Below, one piece after another: positions 53,571-64,000 of a DNA stretch of 64,000 nt (position 1 is the stretch's first letter; every line of letters begins with the position of its first letter). Below the pieces are notes generated by a model that did not search any database, was not told the origin of the DNA, and saw only the letters and a list, made by a program, of their open reading frames with translations. The position numbers and the translations under genes are program-made. The stretch covers positions 43,896,001 through 43,960,000 of the forward strand of contig NC_043014.1 in the NCBI RefSeq assembly GCF_006345805.1, written 5' to 3'. The stretch comes from Octopus sinensis. Taxonomy: Eukaryota.

Positions 53571-54331
53571 ACTAAACTACCAAGTAAGGCACAGGCGTGG
53601 CTCTGCAGTAAGAAGTTTGCTTCCCAGCCACATGGTTTCGGGTTCAGTCTCACTACTTGGCACCTCGGGCAAGTGTCTTTTACTATAGCGTCAGACTGAC
53701 CAAAACTTTGTGAGTGGATTTGGTAGGTGGAAACTGAAAGAAGCCCATCATATATACATGTGTGTGTTTGTGTTTGTCCCTCACCATCGTTTTACAACTG
53801 GTGTTGGTTGGTTTACATCCCCATAACTTAGCAGTTCGGTGAAAGAGACCAATGAAATAGTACTAGGTTTAAAAAAAAAATACTGGAGTTGATTCATTCA
53901 GCTTAATACCCTTAAGATAAAAGATAGACATACAGGCAAGTGAGTTAACAGAATTGTTACAGTATTAGACAAAACGATTTGCAGTTGTTTGTTGTGTGGA
54001 TCTTTACATTCAGAGTTCAAATTCAGCTGAGGTCAGTTTCTGTCTTCTGTCATTCTGAGGTCATTAAGATAAGTTACTAGTCCATGGCAGTAGGTTAACT
54101 CATATACATACATACACACACGTTAGAATGTCTGTGATGATGATGATTTATATATATATATATATATCTACACAAACACACACACATAATATATGTAAAT
54201 AAATTAGAGAAGAACCACCATGAAGCAATTCAACAATGATATACTTAAATCATACCATATAGAAAAAATTAAAGATATGATAAAACATTTACCTAAAACT
54301 AAATAAAGTACTAAATAATAAATAAATAGTA

Positions 54332-54416
54332 TAGACTGCACGTGTTTCGTGGCTATATTTTCAAATTGATAACAATAAAATCAATTCAAGTTAAATATAG
54401 TCACTCATCAGGTCTA
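54332..54416 (-). ncRNA. Type I hammerhead motif with long stem II, probably inactivated (U16.1 to C)
   Basis: Minus strand: tagac-CTGATGA-gtgactatattt...aaatatagccac-GAAA-cacgtg-C-A-gtcta. 11 of 12 stem II pairs plus an inner aattgat/atcaatt helix. Position 16.1 is C instead of U. Confidence 0.65.
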
Positions 54417-54990
54417 AGATAAACACAATAAAATTATTAAATAAATATACGTATATTATCTTATAAGAAAAGATAAATATATATAAAAATACGTTATTTT
54501 ACAATAAAAAATTCGAACAAAATTCAACAATATATCTTAAAATAAAAACATGACTTATCTTATTGAATATATTCTGTTAACTTAAATCTTTAAACTTAAT
54601 ACGTAGGACTTAGTGTTTATAATAAATTTATCTCGTTAAAAAAGTGGTGTAAATAAAAATAGAATAAATAGATAGAAATATTTATTTTATCTATGAAAAT
54701 ATATATTTTCATAGATATTTTCATAGATACAATGGACACACTTGTATAGGATTTGAATCCGGGGACAAGCAAGACGTATTATTTATGTGTATGTGTGTGG
54801 GGATTTGCATATGTATGTATATATCAATGTGTGAGTGTGTGTTTTATATGTATATATGTAATATTAGTAAAAAATTTATCTACACACTTTGCATGTATGT
54901 GTGTATGTGTTTGCATATGCATATATGTACGTCACATATTCTGAGGCCTCATATATCTGTTAAAATGTCTATTTGATGAGTACTGCTATT

Positions 54991-55085
54991 TATATCCTCC
55001 CTGAAGAGATTGATGCATTGCTAACCATTATTCATCCTATCGGACGTATTTTGGATGCATCCATCGAAACATGTTGGAGATATGA
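54991..55085 (+). ncRNA. Type I hammerhead ribozyme motif, intact core
   Basis: ctcc(54997-55000)-CTGAAGA(55001-55007)-gat.t.gatgcat...atgcatc.c.atc-GAAA(55066-55069)-catg-T-T-ggag(55076-55079). Stem I extends via tatat/atatg across a 1-nt bulge. Palindromic helix III AACATGTT. Confidence 0.75.
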
Positions 55086-55134
55086 ATGATTTAATAACAT
55101 CTTGAGTGTTTGTCTCCATTTTCTATTTTCCCTT

Positions 55135-55480
<346 letters not shown>

Positions 55481-55749
55481 TACATGGGTTGGATGGTTTA
55501 ACAGGAGCTGGCTAGGCAGAAGACTATACCAGGCTACTGTGTCTGTTTTGATGTTGCTTTTACTGCTGGATGCCCTTCCGAATGCCAACCACTTCACAGT
55601 GTGGACCGGATGCTTTTTTTACATGGCACCAGCATCGGCAGGGTCAACAAGTAACTTGCAAGACGAGGAATTCTGAGAGGGAAGGGGACATTGAAGGTGA
55701 TCTTGCAGATACACACACACATTCACATAAATCAGATAAGTAGATTACA

Positions 55750-55937
55750 GAGATGTACTTGCATAGCAAGTGACCTGATCTGAGATTATGTGCTGGAACG
55801 AAAACAATTGCAGCATGGAAGGTGTTTATAAGCCTTTTAAGAAACACACACAAACCGTTGGATTCACTTCAACATTTAAATTTAATTTGCCGAAATATTT
55901 TCGTTGCTTTCAGACCACGACCTGTTCACTGACAAAA
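55750..55937. mobile_element. Second, single-arm copy of the 30398 element, with hammerhead-like core GUGAACA (55886-55937, minus strand)
   Basis: Aligns with 30400-30588 (gagatgtac...gcatagcaagtga...ggaaggtgtttataagcc...cactgacaaaa). Minus motif ttttgtca-GTGAACA-G-gtcgt...gcaac-GAAA-atat-T-T-cggcaaa. Confidence 0.65.
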
Positions 55938-56585
55938 TTCCGTGCTTCATCTCATTGTGTTAAAGTAAATTCTGTGCTGCATCTAATGTGTTAATGTAGA
56001 TTGTTATTTCGTTACCTGACAGCTGTTTCATAATCTGTATTGGTCATATAAGCAACTGTGCATCATGCATTACACATCCTGGTCCTTCTTGATAGCCATG
56101 CTCCAGGTACAGAGCTTACTGTGAGATTTGTTTGATTGTTTGAATCTCCAATCTTATTCTCTCTCTCTCTCTCTCTCTTCCACACACACATGCAGGCATG
56201 GCTTTAATCACTATACAGCACCTTGAGCAAGTATTTCGTATTCTAAAACCCCAGGCTAACCAAAACCCTTGTGGATGAATTTGGTAGATGGAAACTGTGG
56301 GGAAGCCTGTCATGTATACATGTGTGTGTGTGTGTGTGTGTGTCTTTGTGCCTCTGCTTGTCACTCTCTACCACTGGACAACCAGTGTAAGTTTGTTTAC
56401 ATCCCTGTAACTTAACAGGTTGGCAAAAGAAACCAATAGATTAATGTAACCAAAGTACTGGTTCAATTTTTTGGCCCAAAACCTTCGAGGTAATGCCCCA
56501 GCATAGCCATAGTTCAATAACGGAAATAAGTAAAAGATAAACATATGTACACACACACACACACACACACATACACATATATATA

Positions 56586-56651
<66 letters not shown>

Positions 56652-58005
56652 GTGGCTCTGTTATAAGTAGCTTGCTTCCCAACCAAATGGTTCCAGGTTC
56701 AGTCCCACTGCATGGCTTCTTGGGCAAGTGTCTTTTACTATAACCTCAAGCTAATGAAAGCCTTGTCAGTAGATTTGGTAGACAGAAACTGAAAGAAGCC
56801 CATCATATGTTTATATATGTATATATATACACACACACACACATATATGTATGTATGTATCTAGGCACGTGTCTTTGTATTTGTGTCTGTCCCCGCATCA
56901 CTGCTTGACAATGGGTGTTGGTGTGTTTACATCACTATAACTTAGCAGTTTGGCAAAAGAGACTGATGGATTAAGTACTAGGCTTTAAAATAATAAGTTC
57001 TGGGGAGGGGGGGTCAAATTGTTCATCTACAATCCTGTTAAGATACAGGGATGTAAATAAACCTACAGCATGGCTGCAGCCAAATGACCGAGGCAAATAA
57101 AAGAATGAAAGAACCTCTATACATGCACACGCATGCATGTACACGTGTGCATGCGCTTACATACAACATGCGGCCCGTCTAATGTTTAAGACATCATAGC
57201 TGGGTGTCGGTTGCTATAGCTACATTGCTTGACATCTAATTTACTTTCGCTGCAGTTTATTCTCAACTAAGAGTATAGTCGTGTCCCTCAAGACAAAAAC
57301 GGACACTTTGCTAAAGAAGGTGTGTGTGTGTGTGCGTGCATGCATATGTATGCGTGTGTGTGTCTGTGTGTGTGTAAGTTGGGGAATGGGTTAGTGAAAT
57401 GATTAATCCACATTTCATTCCAGTATCGCTAAAATACTGCCAGACATAACCACTGTATCTGTTACAGGACTGTAATGACAAAATAATGATGACGAAATAC
57501 TACTAAAGTGTTAAATATATTTTTAACCATGTGATCTCACATGATAGCCATAAGTACTTCACTTCAGAACAGAATAAAACTTAATGGTCTTTGTGTATTT
57601 TTGTTCTTGTTGCTGTGTGTGTACTTTGTGTCATTCTTTAGTTTCGTTACTGCCTTTTGTCTAGCTCCACGCCGACTAATGTTTTCCAGAAACTCGTTTA
57701 ACCCAGCATTGTTTTCTCGTTGGTTTTATTTTTATGCGAAAATAATGCCTCCAGTGTCACTTTGCTGCCTCATCTTCTTTCTTTGCTTATCAACCACTTA
57801 ACATACATAATTACTAATGGTATTAGCTACGTTGACAGTGTGCATTCTATTCAAACGGACTATCAGAGATGTTGATTCCTCCCCCCATGTTGTTTACTGC
57901 TATCAAAGGTGAGAAGGCTGAAAATCTTACTGTTGCAGTCTGAATAAGATAGAAACATGTTCAGAGTTGTCTCCCGTGCTTGCTCTCAAATTAAATTATT
58001 AATTT

Positions 58006-58430
58006 ACTCTTTTACTTGTTTCAGTCATTTGACTGCAGCCATGCTGGAGCACCGCCTTTAGTCGAGCAAATCAATCCCAAGACTTATTCTTTGTAAGCCA
58101 GGTACTTATTCTATCGGTCTCTTTTGCTGAGCTGCTAAGTTACGGGGACATAAACACACCAGCAGCGGTTGTCAAGCAATGTTGGTTGGTGGGACAAACA
58201 CAGACACACAAACATGTACACACACACAAACATGTACACACACACATACATATATATATAAAAACATATATACGACGGGCTTCTTTCAGTTTCCGTCTAC
58301 CAAATCCACTCACAAGGCTTCGGTTGGCCCGAGGCTATAGTAGAAGACACTTGCCCAAGGTGCCACGCAATGGGACTGAACCTGGAACCATGTGGTTTGT
58401 AAGCAAGCTACTTACCACACAGCCATTCCT
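58006..58430 (-). mobile_element. SINE family A
   Basis: Full-length reverse copy. Confidence 0.8.
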
Positions 58431-61400
58431 TATTTTTCTACAGTTAGTGGTCTTCTAGATCCCATACTTAGTGTTATTTTTTTTAAATATATAAATGTAG
58501 GGAGAGCCATGGCTGGGTGGTTAGGAAGCTTGCTATGCAATGTGGTTTTCAGGTTCAGTCCCACTGCTCTATACCATTGGGAGGTGTCATCTTTTATAGC
58601 ACTTGGCCGACCAAAGCCCTGTGAGTTTGATAGTTGGAAACTGTGTAGAAGGGTATTGTGAAAGGCCTGGTGGAAGCCCAACTTTCTGGGTTCTTTTACA
58701 GAGCTTAGAAAAACTGAAGGACCACTGCAATTAGAGGGGAATATGTTGAATAAAATCATAATTAGCTGATCCTCTTGTATTTTCCTTTACCCGAAGCCAG
58801 AAGAATTTTTCAGCATCTCTCGTATATCTGTGTGTGTCTGTGTTTGTCCCCTACCACCACTTGACAACTGGTGTTGTGGTGTTGGTTTATTTATGTCCCC
58901 CTAACTTAGCAGTTCGGTAAAAGAGATCAGTTGACTATGTACTAGACTTATATAAAATTTAGGTACCGGAGTTGATTTTTTTTGCCTAAAACCAATGATG
59001 GCTGTGCCCCAGCATGGCCACAACTCAATGACTGAAACAAGTAAAAAATTAAAGATATCTGAGTTGATACAATTATGAGTTTTCAAACTTACTAAACTCA
59101 TTGTTGGAGGTGCAACACTTTTTTTTTATATCTACTCTGTTCTGTTTGGTTTTCCTTTACTACTTTGAATCGCCATTGGCTCTCTTCTTCTTGAATTTCT
59201 ATACAGCACTACTTTGGATTCAATCTAAAAATCTTTATCCTTAAACTCATGATAATACCTCTCACCCTCTTATATCACATTCATGAACAAGACACCCGAT
59301 TACAATCAGAGCTGAAACTTATAGAGATGCACTGTACATGTAAAATGTTTTTTTAAAATATTTCGTTTCCAAAGATGAGGTGAACAGTAAGATTATAATT
59401 CTTTGTAATTCTACAGAATTATAATCTTACTAGTTTTAGTTAGCTTTTTATCGATCTCTCATTAAATATGTTAGCTTTAATTCAGCTAACGTGTTAATCA
59501 GTTAAGATACAGTTGTGTTTGAATAAATAATACTGTCGTTATGGTGTCCAGATCCAGCTTGTTTGAAAGATGAAAGTTAAAAATATTCTTTGTCAGTGCT
59601 GCAAAATTCTGAGACAAAAGACTTGCCCGAGTCCTGCCTTATTTCCCTGTACAAAGTTAAAGCTCTCTTTCTGTTTAATCATAATACCTGTCAATTTTGA
59701 ATAGGTATGAAATACTGCCGTTATGTATGTGCTGAATAGGTAAGTATTGTGATTAAACCCAGAGGAAGCCTTGAACTTTTAAGAGGAATTTTAAGTAAGT
59801 TAAAAGAGCAAGACTTTGCTGCAGCAATTTGCATCATGTAAGACAGTCATCATCATCATCATCATCTTCATCATCACCATCTTCATCATCATCATCATCA
59901 TCATCATCTTCAACTTCATCATCACCATCATACTTTCCACTTTTCTCTCTTGCGTGGATCAGATGATATTTGTTGGGGCAGAATTTATATGACTGGATGC
60001 TCTCTCTGTTGCTTAACTGTCATCTATTTCAATAGCAAGGTAATATTTTCCGCCCTGGTCCAAATACCTATTTCTTTACTACCCACAAGGGGCTAAACAC
60101 AGAGGGAACGAACAAGGACAGACAACCGAATTAAGTTGATTATATTGACCCCAGTGCGTAACTGGTACTTAATTTATTGACCCCCGAAAGGATGAAAGGC
60201 AAAGTCGACCTTGGCGGAATTTGAACTAAGACCATAGTGGCAGACGAAATACCACTAAGCATTTTGCCCGGTATGCTAACGATTCTGCCAGCCTCTGCCT
60301 TGGCATTTAAAAAGTACCTTTGGAGGGTTGGGCCTCATGGAGGCTATGTGGCCAATTCTGGTGGCACATTAAAAAGCACCTTTTAAGTGTTGGGCTCCAC
60401 AGAGGCAATGGTAAATGACCAAAACCTTTGGCAATATGCCATGCCTGAGTAGAAGGCCCATCAAGCCAAGTGAAATCTTACCGGTGGCACATAAAAGCAT
60501 CCATTATACTCTTGGAGTGGTTGGTGTTAGGAAGGACATCCAGCTGTAGAAACCATGCCAAATCAGACTGGAATCTGGTGCAGTTCCTCAGCTTACTGGT
60601 TCTGGTCAAACCATCCAACCCATGCCACCATGGACAACGTATGTTAAATGATGAAGATGATAGTACATACTGTGTTTTCACATTTCGGGGCCATGCCCTA
60701 ATACAGCAAATCCTTGTAATCTCTCTCTCTCTCCACTTCCCCCTCTTCCCCTCGCAGTAATTTGTTGAGTCACTTTTATTATACTAGCAAGATGGATTTG
60801 AACCTAGTACCTACAGAGTTGAAACTAAAAACTACATAACTTCACTCTCTTGGCATCTTTATCGTTTGATAATGTGTATAGTGATGTGTGATGATAATGA
60901 TACTGATGCTAGCGGTGGATGATATTGGTGGTGCTAGTTGTAGTGATAAGTGATGCTGGTACTCATATTGGTAGTGGTGATGTTGATGATGTTGATAATG
61001 GCACTACCAATTTTATAATACAACAATGTCATACTTAGAATGTCACAAACAAATGTTTATCATACAAAGTATTTTTTTTTCCTTTTCTCTCTTTGTTTTT
61101 ATACTAAATATTGTTTTCTCATCCTGTCTTTGGAAAAAAAAAAGTCTTTTTTATTTTCTCTTTCTCCCATCATTATTTTTCTGAACTACCAGCTGATATC
61201 CTATTAACGAAGTATCTATTAATCTTTTGTTGATTCATACCAAAGCCATATTTCATTTCATTTCATTTCCACAGCTGAAGTTTTATTTCTCAGTAGTTAG
61301 CTGGTAACTTATGTGATTACTTCTGCCACACTCATCATACGAAAACAGTAATAACAACAACAACAATAATGATAATGATATATTGATATTTGATACTGTT

Positions 61401-61462
61401 GCCATATCACACTTGTGTGTTAGTAATAAATGGACAGCAACAAGAACAACAACACCAGCTAA

Positions 61463-62050
61463 GGCGGTGAGATGGCAGAATCGTTAACACGCCAGGCAAA
61501 ATGTTTAGTGGTATTTCGTCTGGCGTTACGTTCTGAGTTCAAATTCCGCCGAGGTTGACTTTGCCTTTCATCCTTTCGGGGTCGATTAATCAAGTACCAG
61601 TTACGCACTGGGGTCGATATAATCGACTTAATCTGTTTCTTTGTCCTTGTGTTTAGCCCCTTGTGGGTAGTAAAGAAATAGGTATTTCGTCTGCCGTTAC
61701 GTTCTGAGTTCAAATTCCGTCAAGGCTGACTTTGCCTGTCATCCTTTCAGAGGTCGATTAATCAAGTACCAGTTACACACTGGGGTTGGTGTAATCGATT
61801 TAATCCGTGTGTCTGTCCTTGTTTGTCCTCTCTGTGTTTAGCCCCTTGTGGGTAGTAAAGAAATAGGTATTTCATCTGCCGTTACGTTCTGAGTTCAAAT
61901 TCTGCCACGGTCAACTTTGCCTTTCATCCTTTCGGAGGTCGATTAATCAAGTACCAATCACGCACTGGGGTCGATGTAATCGATTTAATCCGTTTGTCTG
62001 TCCTTGTTTATCCCCTCTGTGTTTAGCCCCTTGTGGGTAGCAAAGAAATA
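61463..62050 (+). mobile_element. SINE family B trimer (~186-bp repeat units)
   Basis: Units restart at ggtatttcgtctgccgttacg (61681, 61867). Similar arrays at ~1305-1950, 33943-34350(-), 38790-39340(-), 63465-63890(-). Confidence 0.8.
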
Positions 62051-62383
62051 CATATTGCGCTGTGATAAAGATTACTCACAGCATCTCTTTCTAAAATGAC
62101 AAATTGGAGATTGTCCAATGGAAAATGTTACTAATTCTTTTTTCAATAGAAAAAAACAAAAAAAAAAAAACAAAAGCAAAATACTGCTGGAACCATCCAA
62201 AGACAGCCCATGTGTTGTAGCAAAACAAACAGAACACTAGTTTTTTATTTATTTATCTAGTTTCAGCTCACGAGCTGTGGCCATGCTGGGGCACCATAAA
62301 AATATATTAAATGTTGATGATGATTATGATGCTAATAAGTGATGGTGATAATAAGGATTGTTGTTTTCTTTTTTCTTCCGCAG

Positions 62384-62497
62384 AGATTACCATGTGAAGA
62401 AACCTCCATTGTAGAATGCAGCAGTACGACCCCGAGAGATGTATGTGAAGAGCCTGTACAGAATCAGAACTCATCAGTTTCTGATACCACAACTTTG
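62384..62497 (+). CDS. 114-nt internal coding exon (phase 0/0), probably the same gene, low-complexity linker
   Basis: ttttttcttccgcag acceptor, ttg|gtaagt donor. Open frame RLPCEETSIVECSSTTPRDVCEEPVQNQNSSVSDTTTL, phase compatible with exon 29848-29898. Confidence 0.7.
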
Positions 62498-62609
62498 GTA
62501 AGTTTCACCGTTTACAGTAGTGGTTGTCAACCATTTTTTTTTTTCATTTATGGACCTCTTCGGTTACCATTTCATTCTGATGGACCCCCTCCCCATAGCC
62601 ATCTGATGT

Positions 62610-63126
62610 TTAACCCTTTCGTTACTGCATTTATTTTGAGATGCTCTGTGTTTCTCTCAATTATTTTAGATATTGCAAAGAATTTAGTAAAATAACTTAT
62701 GATGATGATGATGATGATGAACTTAGTTATCATTCAGCTAGTGTTAGGAACATAAATTGTGACTCAAGGTTTGGTGGAAGATTTTAATTCAAAACTTATG
62801 AAAACACGACATTTGTACAACAGAGCCAGAAGTGGTTTTAGGCTAGTTGGTATCAAAAGGAGATGTTTCATATAATAGATCCAAGGTTCCAATATAATTT
62901 AACCCTTTTGTTACCATATTTCTGTTGAGATGCTCTGTGTTTCTTTCAATTACTTTAAATATAACAAAGAATTTAGTAAAATAACTTAGTTATCATTAAG
63001 CTAGTGTTAGGAACATAAATTGTGACTAAGGTTTGGTGTAAGTTTTTAATTCAAAACTAATGAAAACAAGACATTTGTACTCAGAACCAGGGCCGATTTC
63101 AGCTGGGTTCATAACGAAAGGGTTAA
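62610..63126 (+). mobile_element. Two adjacent family-1 piggyBac-like MITEs (62610-~62860 with a (GAT)n insert and eroded right end; 62899-63126)
   Basis: Same body and TTAA-CCC starts. Confidence 0.75.
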
Positions 63127-63350
63127 CCATTTAGCATTTAAACCAGGCATAACCTGCCAAAATATTCCATCTATGTAATGTTAAATTCAGCCAGACCCAA
63201 CCCTTCACACCTACCCTGTAAAGGTATTCTAAGAATGAGCAATCACATCATTAAATTCTTGAAGCGGCAAGATAATGCATGATTAATTCAAGACAATTTG
63301 AATAAATAAGCATTAAATTTGGCAGAGTAATCCGAATACCAAAGGATTAA
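63123..63350 (+). mobile_element. MITE family 2 copy sharing its left TTAA with a family-1 MITE
   Basis: ggttaaccatttagcatttaaacc...ccaaaggattaa. Confidence 0.65.
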
Positions 63351-64000
63351 AAATTAATTTTATAGATATTTCTTTCGAAATTCCTACACCGTTTTTCACA
63401 CTTCCACTTGTGTAAATTTGCAATAACACTTTTTGAGAGAATGTTTCAGTGGCTGGAGACATATTTTATTTCTTTATTGCCCACAGGGGGCTAAACATAG
63501 AGGGGACAAACAAGGACAGACAAAGGGATTAAGTCGATTACATTGACGCAGTGTGTAACTGGTACTTATTTAATCAACCCTGAAAAGATGAAAGGCAAAG
63601 TCGATCTCAGCGGAATTTGAACTCAGAATGTAACGACAGACGAAATACCTATTTCTATTTCTTTATTAGCCACAAGGGGCTAAACATAGAGGAGACAAAC
63701 ATGGGCAGACATAGGTATTAAGTCGATTATATCAACCCCAGTGCTTAACTGGTACTTAATTTATCGACCCCGAAAGGATGAAAGGCAAAGTCGACCTCGG
63801 CGGAATTTGAACTCACAATATAACGGCAGCCGAAATACCGCTAAGCATTTCGCCCGACGTGCTAACGATTCTGCTAGCTCGCCGCCTTTCGACAGACGAA
63901 ATACCGCTAAGCATTTCCCCCAGCATCCTTACATATTGGGCCATGTAAAATGTCAGAGAGGGAAACCTAGATGTTTCTTATTTCTTTATTACCCATAAGG

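Noticed and set aside
61463-62050. Regularly spaced repeats suggestive of a CRISPR array
   Set aside because: Whole ~186-bp units repeat with no unique spacers, the context is eukaryotic, and there are no cas genes.

Overview
Eukaryotic, AT-rich, repeat-dense genomic DNA. The SINE/MITE families look like those I recall from Octopus genomes, so the taxon is an inference. The only protein-coding signal I can support is three plus-strand spliced exons (8810-8919, 29848-29898, 62384-62497). They join in frame into SVKLNEGDLVIFGHPGGVRLPPGNRTRQPDSEYQFI-FEECNCPDEDLPSSDIN-RLPCEETSIVECSSTTPRDVCEEPVQNQNSSVSDTTTL, the C-terminal end of an FHA-like domain (TCF19-like) plus a linker, separated by introns of 20,928 and 32,485 bp. 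The introns hold three SINE families, RTE-type LINE 3' fragments, TTAA/piggyBac-like and hAT-like MITEs, Helitron-like elements, a ~3.9-kb foldback structure and many mini/microsatellites. Nearly all ORFs in the supplied track are artefacts of these repeats. The most notable signal is six type I hammerhead-ribozyme-like motifs from about four unrelated repeat families. Two have intact cores. One family appears to carry a G3:C8 swap of the conserved C3:G8 core pair and occurs as a palindromic ~322-bp insertion with a 15-bp target-site duplication. None of the ribozyme calls has been tested computationally or biochemically.
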